The notes under the pieces: generated by a model
Databases searched by the model: none
What the model was told of the DNA's origin: nothing
What the model saw: only the letters and a program-made list of their open reading frames with translations
In this document: piece after piece, positions 45,439-58,995 of the stretch
Numbering within the stretch: the stretch's first letter is position 1
Layout: each line of letters opens with the position of its first letter
NCBI RefSeq assembly: GCF_964355755.1
Contig: NC_092676.1
Location: 23,516,871-23,580,870, forward strand
Length of the DNA stretch: 64,000 nucleotides
Reading direction: 5' to 3'
Origin: Antedon mediterranea
Lineage: Eukaryota > Animalia > Echinodermata
Position numbers and translations under genes: made by a program

Positions 45439-48244
45439 AGTCACTATTGAAGAGAATCACATTATTGAGAGCTAATGTGACAAAATAGTGGCAATATACT
45501 CATTGGAATTAGGCCTATATATACACCAAAGAAACAAAAACTTTTTTGTATGATTCTATGATTGTTTTTAGGCCTGCCTTATATCAGACGTGGTCTTGAT
45601 TCCTCCAGATATGCCTATTTTATATTTTGTTATGGACCAAAGACTCTAGACTTTTTAGTATTTTGTTTCTGTTTTTTATTTGTAATAGCAGACAAGTCCC
45701 GCCCAAGAAGCAAAGTCTAGACGGTTAAGGATCTGTATTTTCTCATTGTAAATCGGACCTTATGAACTCCGGTCATGTTAATCAATATTAACATACGGTT
45801 CAAAAGTGAAGTACATATTATAATTATTAATGGTGTATACTTTACGTATGTTGAATAAAATAAACTCATTTGTATATAGCTTTATTGTGTAATCCGGTAG
45901 TTTATTTGTTGACAGTTGTCTGAACTTTGAGCTTATATGAACGCAACATTTGAAAATCTGCATATTGGTGTGAACGTATGCTATTGCTCTATCTATTGAT
46001 GGATGGATTGGTTTCGTCTTCCTCCTGGCTGGCCACGCATCCCTGCTTGACGTCAATCACGCATAATCTTGGGCCTATAATACTTCTCCTAATCACTTTT
46101 AAGTGGATTACCATAGTACTGTATCTAGTACTGAGTAGCCTAGGCCTATTATCAGAAATATTAAGTAGGATAATAATATCGCATTGTTGTATAAATATGA
46201 AAACAACAACAATTTTGCTTTAAAAAATATGTTTGTAGGCCTATACATTTTTTTATAATCTTTTTATCTTTCTTTGTTTATTGTTTGACCTATAATAATG
46301 TAGGCCTACTTTTAAGTGAATTGCAAATGTTATACCTTAGGCCTATGTACTACTTTCTTTACACATGTATAACATGATCGTTTGAATGTTAATAAAATTC
46401 GCCGCCAGTGGTGAAATCACACCACGTGACAGTATTTAACCAATAATACGCAGTTATTTAGTCGTTGCTTCTCAATTTACTATTCTACTTAAATTAGTGG
46501 GTTCTTTACGACGTTGATTGACGTAGAGCCTAGGCCTAGCTACATCAGTATTTTCTTCTGTTGGATATATTAACATGGAACAAATACATCATCAAAGACA
46601 AGAAGGATCATATGGATATAATCTCAATTCAAGAATTTTTACCGTAGGTGTTTTAGTCAAGTTTATCCAGTCCACTACCACTGTGCCTAGGCCTACACTA
46701 GTTGATGCTTAATTAGATGGGTAGACCGTAGGCTATCAGTAGGCGGTGGGAGGCTACTGTCGGGCCCAGTTGATTGAACCATGGAGCATGTTTTGTAGAG
46801 CAGAATCAGAAAGAAAAAGGTAAGTCTTTTATATTTTGTATTATTTAATTAGAAGCAGGTTGCTATTTCAGATTTACTCGCTCGCTTTAACTGCCAATTA
46901 CAAAACTTATATAATTATTTTGATGATAATACAGTATAGGCCTAGACCAACTAGCCTAGGCCTAACCCCAGCTTTATCTGTTGGTCTACATATCCGTTTG
47001 TAAAATATACTGTCGATCGATGTAGTCGATACTTTAAAAGTCACAAAATGTTTTGAGAACCGTGCATTATGATGTACCAAGATACAGAATTACAATGTTA
47101 CCATACCAGGCTAAATAGTAAATTAATATGAGTCCAGGGCTGTGATCTTCAGCATATCTTTTAGCTTTTATTTCAGAAATGCATAATATTGATTCTATAA
47201 AATTATATACAAAATAACTCAAGCAAAAATAGGCTACATTTGTGCCCCCTCTCCTCTTCCCCTATCACCCGGTCACCATGAGCTCTTACAAACTATACAT
47301 TTACTGTTACTGCCCCATATTTCTTTTATTTGAACTGTGAAGCTTATCCAGCCTAATTAGGGCACACGAGGAAACCCTGTATGACTTTTATTCTGGTCAT
47401 GTGTTGACATTTTTTTTTTCAAATTATGTAAGGTTTTGCAATTTCCTGCATCCCATTCTCATCTCATGTTTCCCATAGTGAGGCTGACGTTCGTCGTATA
47501 TTTAAACTCATCGGACTGACGATGTCAATATACTACCTTAAAATGTTTTCATCAGTTCGTACATAACATATTTGTATTAAATTAATAACTTTTGCATAAT
47601 AATTTGTACAAGCTACAATCTAGGCCTATGCTACTGTAATTGAACTCTTCTGTCGTAAAAAATTGTAAACATACAGTATACAGTAACTTAAATAAATGTT
47701 TTATCGGTATACAGATATAAATCCTACATAAATATGTTTCCAAATATTTTTCCAATTTGCAACAAAAACTAGTACAAAAATAAATGTGTCATTTTAAAAT
47801 ATAGTATTTTAAAATAATATGATATAACTTAAATTTTTAATTCAATCTTTCTTAAAATTGATTGCCTAGTATTTTCATACTTATAAACCATGTTAATCAA
47901 TTACGGTAAATGAATTATAAAGAGTCAGCCTATAGAGTCCTTAAAGCATAATTCAAAGTTTTGCATGCTAAAAATATTGTGCATTGGTGTCGATGATTTG
48001 ATTGGTCCAAACACTGCTCAATATATGTATATTTTACATTTAAAAAAGATTGGTTATAAAAACGTAGTAAATCAGCGAGGCTCTAATTTGAAAACTATTT
48101 ATATAAATGCTACTATAATTCATACAAATTTTCCTTATGTGCAATTTAGAGTATTATAACTGCATGAAGGCATCACTGAATAATTTCTGGTTCTACTCGT
48201 CGGAACTATTGATTGACCTTTAACCCTCTTTCATTATGACGTAT

Positions 48245-51200
48245 TCATTTATTCAATTCGTCCTGAGCCTTAGTAAGTTGAGTAATAGCGTCCTCTAGGT
48301 CAGCCAATGCAAACTTTGCGTTTCTTTCAATTGCATGCAACCTGTCCAAATTTTTATTTTTCCCGCCGCCGAAATCTTTTATCGCATTCCGTAAAGCTTT
48401 GGCTTTCATTATAAGTTTTTCACTTGATTCTGTTACCGAATCGAGTGTCTTGACGGCTTCTCGTACATCTGTCGGTGTTTTGGGACTAACTATCGGTTTT
48501 GCTGCCTTATGTGGAGCCCCGGGCGAATGTAACGTTGGTAGCCTTGCATGCATTTTAGGAGAACCTTGTACTATTAAAGAGTTTGGCCTGTCTGGTCTTA
48601 ACCCCGGCTTTGGTTTCTTCAAAGGCGCTTGTGTTGACGGTTTTGAAGAAGTTTTATCCGAATCGTTCAAACCAGAAAAATTCTTTTTAAAAGAATTACT
48701 TAACCTTCGAACCAGAGACGGTCCTCTTTTAAATTCAGCATCACTAGTATCGTCTTTTTCATCTGTGTGATTTTCTTTGGTTTTACCCTGTGCATGTCCA
48801 TTGATTTTACTGTTTTCATTTGTTTCCTCATCTTCTTCGTCCTTCCGACTGCCAAGACGTTTCTGTGCTGCTTCTTTCGCTAAGTTTGAGGTTAGAGAAG
48901 CTATTCCTAATGGCGGTGTGTTTATGCGTTTTGGGAAATGCTACAGAAAGGAAAGAGAAAATCAGTCAACAATGTGTGCTTATCTGCATGTTATTTATTT
49001 ATTTATGTCATTTACACATTGATGGCGTGGTCAATAAGCATTGCAGGTTTAGAGTTCCTTGATTTAAAACTTTCAAGAGAATGGTAGGCCCCTAGATCTC
49101 TCTACCCGTAAAGAAAGTATTTTACAATAAACATAATCAACTCTCCCGATAATGGCGAGAGTCTCTCACTCACGCTAAATGCAATTTCTCCCAATATTTT
49201 GGATAAACCAACAAAAGCTCCCGGTTTGTATAAATTTATAATTTCTACTATACTACTCTAGATATTTTGAAATAGAAAACATGCTAATATTGGTCCGTAT
49301 GTTTATAATCAATTCATGCGTGGTTTAATAAGTGAAATAATGAGTTGTCAACGCATTTTTCGCCTTCGGCACACATTGTGGATGAAAATATTGTTAGGTT
49401 TTCATAGCGCCCTCTATGGCTCGATATAGTATTATAGCGCCATCTATAGTTTTATAAAACTTCCTAATATTATATTTTTTCCAAGTTGGTAGGTCTGTCA
49501 TATAGACTTACCTCTGGTTTTAATTCAGTGACGTGTTTCTTCTCCGTTTCACCTTCATCTTTGTCTAATTCTTCGTCAGTACCACTAGAATGACCACCAC
49601 CATCATCTCCAACCGCGTCGTCATCTTTATCCTCAGTTAAAGATTTTGTTTCCTCCATGTCGTCTTCACGGGATGTTGCATCAACCTAATAGAAATGAAA
49701 TCCAAACTGATTTGTTTGAAATATATTTGCCGATGTTTTGTTTAAGTGAATTTAAGGATCCCAAATGAGGTTCTTTCTTCTAGCTGTAATCCTTTACATT
49801 TAGGCTTAATGCCAAAAGTATTGTATTATTTTAGTGAACTTTTTTTGCTGTTCTGTTTTTTATTCAACAGTTAAAAAACGCTTACTTCGTAAAACGTATA
49901 CTCATTTTAGATGTTGCCATTGGGGAGGGATGGTTGCCAAGGAAGATAAGAAGTCGAAAAGTTACTGATAAAAAAACTGATTTCCAAATTTAGAAAAATA
50001 GAAACATTAAACAAAAATACATGTAGTTTGAAATTATTTATGGATTATGTGAAGTAAGTACTACACAGGAACAGAAATACACATGCATTGTTAATCAGAC
50101 ACTGAATATGACAATGAGTATTATGAGAATGAGGAAGATAATTTTGATTTTAATCGTTTTCGATTTACCTCCATTGTTTTCCTTCTGGTTGGAGCTCTCC
50201 TTTCTGGTCCTTTCGGTCGTTCCTTAGCTATGTGACTTTCAAATACCTCTGTCTCTAGTGTATAATCATCGAACTGAAATAAGAATGAACAATTTTATAA
50301 CGAGTTATATACCACACTTTCGGGACGACACCCGGCAAGGTGTCCCGGCCCCTGAATGGGGGTAGAGCGTGGTGTTAAAACATGTCCACTCTCGTTGGTT
50401 TCACGGTAAAGTGTCCCCTCGGTAAAGTGTCCCCTCTTAAATTCCAGACGTAGTTACTAAAGTATATATGAGCCATGTATGCACTAAATTATTGGTTCCC
50501 ATGAAATAAATTCTAAATACTTTTTAATAGAGATCTAGTTTTAAAATATAGAATCTTAGTTCGTGCCAGCTTAATAAGAATGTCTCCTTGATGCAACGCG
50601 AGCAATTGACCAATCGGAAGCGACAGTTCGGATGATTCATGGCTTGTGATTGGTCAAATAACTTTTGAGTTGCGTTTGTAAGTGGAAACCAAGCTTTAAC
50701 TAACCTGAACTGTAACGGGCCTGGTTTGTATATGGTTTAACTTTTGTAAAGCCTCGTCTATGTGTTGCAGCCACTTTTCATGCGTCTTAGCATCGTCGGA
50801 AGAAAACATCCACTCCTGATTGTCATCGTTGATTGGCTGAATCACGATTACGTATTTCTTTTTAAGTTGTTTGTTATTTACAGGTCCACAACTTTTGAAG
50901 TCTTGTAAATCAATTGAACCACAGTCCTTGTGTTTACCCTTTGAATTCTGTTTGATAAAGAACAACAATTTTTAAAGATAAATATTGCTTAAGTATTTTA
51001 AGAGTCAAGTGATATGAGATGATTTCTGTTTCTTTTTTACTATAATTATGATGTAGGCCTACGTACGACAGGCCCTATGTTTTACTGTACAGTTTTGTTT
51101 AATATATCATTCATTGATATTGTCTTTTTTTATGTTATCACCAGTCGGCGTTTCGATTTTTGTCTAAATAATAATAATAATAATTTTCAAGTGATATACG

Positions 51201-54200
51201 TATGAAACGCCATATGTGCCAAAATTGTTATCTTTTTATTAATATTATCGAGTCAAAACTCCGTCTAGAACCTAGAGTACTTCATTGGTGTTAGTAAAAA
51301 ATATTAATGGTAGAAATTGGCAATAGGCCTACACGGTGTTTTCATGAGATTACAAACCTGTTTGTCGTAAAGATAAATATGTGAAGAGCTAACAACGACA
51401 TATCGCTTCTTCCATTTTCCTCGGTTTCCAGTGGCCATAAGCAACACGGTCAGAGGTCCACTGTGGAGTTTGTTGGTGATGTCCTGGACAGGAGGAAGAC
51501 TTCCCTTTAAACGAAAAAGATAAAACCATTGTTTACTGTGTAAATCGCAATCCCATGATGCTATTTGTGTGTATAATACACTTATGACCTTAATAAAGAT
51601 ATTTCTTTGGATCATCCAGTTGAAGATGAAAACATTTTAAGAGAGATCAACATTATTTTGTTACTAAAAAAGAGATACACTAAAATATTAGGTAGGCCTA
51701 TTTATTATAGTAACGGTAATGATTGTATGATGTAAAATATGTCACTTATTGTTGGATTATCGCGTGGATTATAAGAGCATTAACATGATACAACATCGTT
51801 AAAATGACAAGGTCGGTTTTTGGGGTGCGGATGTTATTGGTTGTTCAATAAAAATAATCGCGTATTTTTTATGGAAATATATTCGTGATTTCTCCTATGA
51901 TGTTTAAGAATTCATTTACTACATTACATGATGAAGACCGTGTGTCGCCAACGATCTATTTGTTTCTTTTCCTAGTTATAGAATACTTATAAAAATTATA
52001 TTTCCATATAAGGATAACTGATTTCCAATTAATGACGAGGGTTATATACCGGTATAGGTCAACCGTCAAGTAGTTCTTCCGTACGGAACTGATCCATACC
52101 GGTATGTCTGCATACTGTACATAACAGCATGAGGTGGCACAATGCTGTGATGAACTTAATTACAATCTGTCCAGAACCTACAAGTAGTCTTAAATAGGTT
52201 CAACTCTGGGCCTTCGTTTATAAGAAATTTAAAACTTCTTTTTAAAGAAGATTTTACCCTTCACTAATGAATACATTTTGCATTGTTAAACTCTTATGTC
52301 TAACAAAGATTAATGTTGTACTGACTACCAGATACGTAAAATTATATTTACCACGCACGGGATTTAAGTGCACTACATTAAGAACCGTAAATGATTCATT
52401 AATGATCGAGGAGTTGGTTTTAATTTGGTCTACAACATTTATACCACATGTGTGCAAAGCGAGTCTCAATACAAAATGATGACGATCCCTGACAGTGGTA
52501 TCTCATTTTCAGAATGTTAATAGCCGTATATAGAAATATGATTTACATAATTATTTGTATGTATCACTCAATCCACCATCACTTGGCCTACAGCCGTTTT
52601 TAGAACCATATTACCATACAGTTAGTAGTTGATTGATGACGATATGAATGATGAACGATAAGAATAGCCTTTCCGCATTTACTGTATTAATAACGATAAC
52701 AAACAACTCACTACTCTTGGGAGGTTTTATCTAATTTAGTGTTTTATCTGAAGATGTGTCATAATTTGTGGATCCATGTCTACTCCCATCTTTGGATCTG
52801 ATAAGATAGAGACGAAGCCGAGTTTTCCTTCTTATGAGTCACGCAATCTACATAAGGCCACTTATACGGTATATACAACGGTGACTGAAATAATGAATTT
52901 TCTGGATTTCATTTACAACATGATGGTATACCGGATTAATCAAAAACGATCTTCAAGGCTGCTTAATATTGATTTCTGTATTCAAAGAAACGTTCAGTCT
53001 ATACTACCTGAATGGTGTACGTATTTGAATCTCGTAATCCAATGTCTATACCGTAATCAAAGTATCTGTTCAATATTATATTTTTCTTACCGAATGTATT
53101 TTGTTTGTGTAAACCTGTCAATAAATATCAATGGGAATTAATATATTGTTTTAATCATAGATTTACGTAGGCCTCATCTAATTATCATATTCGATAAACC
53201 ATGAAATATTAAATAAATAGAACCATACTTAAGCCTAACATGGACATTATTAAAATTTTCAGACGGTACGCAGCGCCGACGGGACGTAGGCCCTACAATG
53301 TTCCGTTATAACATCATTTAGGCCTACTGTAATCAATTTTCATTCCTTTTCAATCATTCGTATTGTCTTTCAATTAATCACGGTCAGTTTTTGAACTAAC
53401 CATGGAGAAACGTATTTCTCCATGAACCCATATAAGGCCTACTAGTCATTATCATAATAGATGACACAATGATGGAACCATTTTAAATTGTTTTGTTTTC
53501 GTATGTCGGCATACTTAGGAATATGCCTATATATTTTTAAAACAGCTAACTTTGAGACAATAACCTTTCATCTCCGATGAAATAATTTCCGTATATAAAC
53601 AATAATACCCCGGTGAATTAGTACATCATGTGTTTCCAAAAAGGACACAAATAACTTTAACCTGGTGTTTTACAGATATTAATACAGTGCTAGTATAGTA
53701 GTATTGATTTTTCGTTATTGCCAACCGAGTTCCCTGGGAGGACCCTGGCTATTATATAGCTCTCTAACATATTAAATGTGGTATACCACAGGCCCAATAA
53801 TAGACGTATGTTATAGCCTAATTAAGGTTTAGGATTTTGAAGCGCCGAGATTACAAAGATTAACGAGTGCGTGCGCGATTGTCTTTTATGTAGCTCCAGA
53901 GAGAGAAAACGATGGGTTTTGCAGTTAGGCTTTTTATATTAAAAATGCTGTATCTAGGCTAAAATTATTTTGAAACAGCAAGCCTTCTTTACTACACATT
54001 GCCCCAGTTCATCATCAAATCTGGTATTATTTAACCAAATGCCGTTAATCCAGTAGAGATTTAAGTATTCTGAAAGGATTTATTTTATTTATATTTATTT
54101 ACGTCGTTGAAAGAAATTCAAAACAATTTTGTATGCACGAATGGTTATAACAACAGTGTCTTTCACTGTTCCTAGTCGACAGGATTGACGCCTATTTTAT

Positions 54201-57106
54201 TCTTTTCATGAATATACAATAACTGCATGAATAAACTAATATACGAACGAGACACGTAGGAATATTTATTCACCGCCTTAATTAAAATGTATATACAGTA
54301 TGAGATGTTTTGACCTCGGCCTCATGTTTCCATATTATTCAGAAATTAATTATAATTATATCTGGTCTATAATACAACATGGCGGTCTGCTAAATGCCAA
54401 CGATTAATTAATATGAAAGGAAATAATTAAAATCTAATGATGTTTATTTAATTTAGAGGACGTTATCAAAATGTCCATGTTCCAATGTCGAATAGTATGA
54501 GGGTGGGGATGGTGGCGGGTTAAATCTGGTTTGAGCAGCGCAACGTGTTTTGAGTGACTTGTTCATGCTGATTTTAGACGGTACCGTAATTAACATTGGT
54601 ACCAAAAACCACATTTATTGGTCATCTTCATATGTCAGATAAGAGATAATCATATCCTGTAAATAGGGGATACTATTGAACTTTACTGTACTTAACTTAG
54701 TATGAACATACTTTTAAACATCGAGTGTTTTCACGAGTTGGTACTACACTATACTCACGAGTGCTTTACAGTAGCTGGAGACTACAACACAAACAAACAG
54801 TTCAAGTATTTTTTATAGGCCTATAATTTACACAAAAGACCAGGAAGGTACGTAACAATACATGGATTAGGTGTATGCAGCTGATTCAGTATATTAACCT
54901 TGATAAGATCGGTGTTCCGACAACAATTTGTTGGAACGCCGGATGGAAAAGGAGTTATTGATTATGTAGTGGGGCTAAAAGTATAAAGAGATATCAATCC
55001 ATAAAGAAATATAGACCCATGCCAGCCGTAATCACCATCTACATTAGTTCAACTTAGAAACTCACAAAACTATTAAATGTCAAAATATTCATACCACTTA
55101 AGGGAAATACGATTCTAAATTAATTTATGACACTTATTGTGAACATAGTTAAAATATAGATATTGTTAAGATGACGTACGGCTCTAAATTTATTTATGGT
55201 CACTCAACTCGTACATAAGTTAAGGAACATATCATTTAAGACGATCGGTGACGTACAGCTACTGGTCTAATTGTATTTTAATTTTATGGACACTCGTTCG
55301 GTGATGTACCTCAACTTGTCTATACTGTACTTATTTATGGTTACTTTGCAGTATTTTATATATAGTTAAAGTTAAAATAACATTATTAACATGGTGACAT
55401 ATACAATTGATTACAATTTTAGTTAATATTAATAGTGTATCCGTTTTCCATTCGTTGACTTTTGGTGAAAACCGGTACAGGTTTTCGTGATTAAGATGAA
55501 GAAATAAAATGTAATTCTATTAAAAAAAAACCTTCATTGGCTTTAACTAACATATTTAAATATACATACATTATACACAGTTTTAAATACCAATACCAGG
55601 AATGCGCCTTACTACAGATTCAAAGAAATTAAGGAAATGAATAATTGATATAAAATGTATAGCCATGAATGAGGTAATACTTAATGGTATAAACATATGG
55701 TTTGGAATCGTAAGGAAAGAAATAGGTCTAATAGTAATAACTATAAAAAGGGTAGGCCCAATTATAAGATATTTTAATTGACATAGAAGAAGGATTCAAC
55801 ATGCTGAAAATACTAATGTTATTAGTCGTTCACTGTATCTATTTTCTTTTTCTTTTTTATAAATGTTGTGACGTATTGGATTTTGATGAATTGCCATGTT
55901 ACAGTATAAATTAAAAAAGATATTTAAAAATAAATTAAATATATAATTTGTGGAAATATAAAAAAATAAATACAAAATATATTTTTTTGATATTATTCTT
56001 TCTTAATTAACGACCTATCCTGTATTTATATTTTGTATTTAAATCGTTAAGTTTCTGAATGTACCACCAAGATGTGTGCCACTGGTTTTAAAATGCCAAT
56101 AGGCCTACTACTGAAAAACAATGATGAGAACATTTTGTGAGAGTGAAAAAAAGTGCCACAAACTCGTTTTTCTTATGAGCCAATTAGTAGATTATTTTTT
56201 TCGATGGGCTTTCAGTATTGTCTGCGAGGCCTCATTTGTTGTATTACTAGGTATATTTGGAGGTGCCGGGTATTAAAGCACAACACTGTATAAATATAAC
56301 AACTCATAACGATTCGTTAAGTAAAATGAATGGTTCCCCTCTGCTCTATTCATTTTTATTAAATTGGCGTAGGAAATGTAAGAGATTGAATGTGGCATAC
56401 TTAGGACATGAAGTAATTGACGAACTATAACAATCTAAAACCTATTACTTTGGGCACTTTTCGCTATAGCTTCAGGTAGAAGTTTCGTCCACTTCTTTGT
56501 ATAGGCAGTTATCACACTGTACGTATGGTCTCAATTTTCAGCTTAGTGTCCTAATTGAAAAGGGTTCAGGTCCAGTTCCACTTCTTAGTAATTACATAAA
56601 TTCTAAAGTATAGGCTGCCCTACTTCTGTCATTTTACACGATACAAAACATTATTCATATGTTTATTACATTGTATATAAATTGTATAGAGTTATGTGTC
56701 AACAATGTAATGGAAGTCCCTTTTATGTACTTGTATAGGTCCTTTAAAACATTTGATACGTTATATTTCATAATGGCATATAGGTAGGCCTACGTAAAAT
56801 GCCAAGAAAATACGTTTAATGGGATAATATTCTTATCAAGTAAATTAAGTTATCACACACCGGTAAAAGGTAAATTAATTTTGTTGGCCTAGAATTTTTG
56901 TTTTAACAACCAGCGGCTCATAATCTTTATTTCTATGGTACATTTATTTAAAGATAACGATCTTGGGGTAACTTACTAATACTATTATTTTATTCGAACT
57001 TGAATTAGGTTGTTATCGCCGAGCATAAATGAACACGGCGGTGTTTCAATTAGGAGTATGATTGATTAAAAGTAGGTATTTTACTTACGATTTGTTGAAG
57101 AGCCAT
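48245..57106 (-). CDS. PH-domain protein with CPI motif and C-terminal coiled coil (CKIP-1/PLEKHO1/2-like), ~460 aa, 6 exons (57089-57106, 51358-51504, 50705-50947, 50169-50273, 49512-49685, 48245-48940)
   Basis: PH hallmarks GKWKKRYVVV...IYLYD, GSIDL, WMFSSDD...EKWLQHI; then SHIAKERPKGPERRAPTRR; acidic and Pro-rich linker; heptad C-terminus LADLEDAITQLTKAQDEL. All introns are phase 0. The first exon (MALQQI) is the least certain. Confidence 0.8.
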
Positions 57107-58995
57107 GGTGTATGGTACAGTTACCTGGAAGCCCCTACTTCAGGATGGTTTCGTCCGTATATTAAAGACCTATTCTGTTGATTACAATGCAAAAGGCGTA
57201 ACCTCCATGTAGCTGCGATAGCCTGCAAATTATATCTGTCTTTTAAATTTCAAACCGGTGTCTCTCTGTTAAAATTAGTCAGGATGTGGAAATGATCGTG
57301 AAATAAATAATATAATCCGGTGCTAGCTGCTCCCGGTGTTTGTGTTCCAACTAAAAACAGCGGACTAAGATTTGTCTTTACGTCATATATCTGGTGTTGT
57401 CTAGTTAGGAAATGCCGCAGAGGATTGGGTCAGCATCAAGGGACACTCTCAACAAATACGACATCACAAAATAAAGTTTCATTATAATAAATCCTTCATA
57501 CTTTTATGATTTAGATTTTTAAAACCGTGGAACCACGAGTGCGTTAAGTCCATGGATCTGAAACTGTGTACTGAGACGTATGGATTACTTTGCATTATTA
57601 AAGTATATGATTTACTTTGAATGATTTTGTTTCGGATATATTCAGAGCATGACTGTTTATCGCTTGATAAATCTTTATGGTTGGTGTGGGCGCATGTTCT
57701 ATATAAAATTACTCAGCTGTTACGAGTAACCTAATACAGTAGTATTATATTGAAGGACGAATCATTGGGAGCGGTCCCTGATTGGTGACAATGCGTTCTT
57801 CCTTCAACGCGCTCTGGTCTCCTTGTACGCCGCTGTTGCACGCGTAAGCTTAGTCCTCGGTTCTCAGGTATAACCCAATTATCCTGAATTCGGCGGAGCC
57901 TTGGTGAGGTCCAAGAGGTTGTTATGGCACTCCAGGACGGACATAACTTTGTCAAGTTGACATCGCTCGTGTTGAGTTTACACTAAAACACACACACGCG
58001 TAAAAAAAAAAAACAACAAGTACGCGCGATGTGAACTTGGCATGGTTATGTCCGTCTTGCCGTGCCATAGGTTGTCCCTGACCGTGTAAGGATATTTTTA
58101 AATCCATGAACTTTATGAACTCCACTTTATTACAGGATAATTACCATTCAATAGCAAACGCGCGTGAATCTTTGTATAGTTGATGCAAATAGGGGAAATT
58201 CCCGCGTCCTTTTGCTGCGCGAGCTCGCTGTTTAATTATAACATTTCTACCGGAGACCATACCCGTAGGTGGTAAAGTAAAAAAAAAATGAAAAAGTTGT
58301 GCCTTTTGGCACAAAGATCTTGAGACCTGTGCATTAGAGTATGGTACAAAATAATTAATAATACAATACAATTAAATAGAATACCTTACAAGAATAAAAC
58401 ACACAAAACAAAAGCTATATTTCAACTTAAATTTAATGACTTTTCTCCATCAATATTTTCATAGTCATAAACTTTTTAAAGACAGCAAATCAAATAATAA
58501 AATAACCCACACGTACTGTAACACAAATTTATGTGATCTATTCTTTTATAGTGTAATCTCCGTGTGTGATTATTTTGTGCGTTTGACTAATTTTTAGTTT
58601 ATTACCTTGATACGTAAATATTTTATAGAAACTAATACAGCAACCAATAATTTAAAAATCTAATTATATTTCATGTCTTTCTCTTTATTACCTAAAATTT
58701 AATTTCATAATCATTACTGTTTCTTCTGTTTTTCTAAGACTCGGGTGTTTAACACTATCGAGCAATTTACATTAATCCATTGTATGTATAACCATGGCTT
58801 GATCGCTAATGGGAACTTAAATCCAACATCCATAGGTAAAATTGTTTGTTCTTTTCTGATGAATGCACATAGAGATTTTATAGTGAACATAATAATATCT
58901 ATAATATCTCTATGAGTACTGTAACTTCTGTGTCAACTATCCCATGTTGACATTCCCAGTCGTTGGCGCATTGACTGCAAAATGAGAGTATTTGG

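Noticed and set aside
46576-46820. 45-codon ORF and a strong donor AAG|GTAAGT at ~46819
   Set aside because: No partner exon or homology recognised; could be a lncRNA exon but is unsupported.
48399-49062. Plus-strand ORFs of 80-123 aa
   Set aside because: Antisense shadows of the last exon of the PH-CPI gene.
57731-57965. GC-rich patch with a 74-aa ORF
   Set aside because: No recognisable motif or splice context; probably TE or viral debris.
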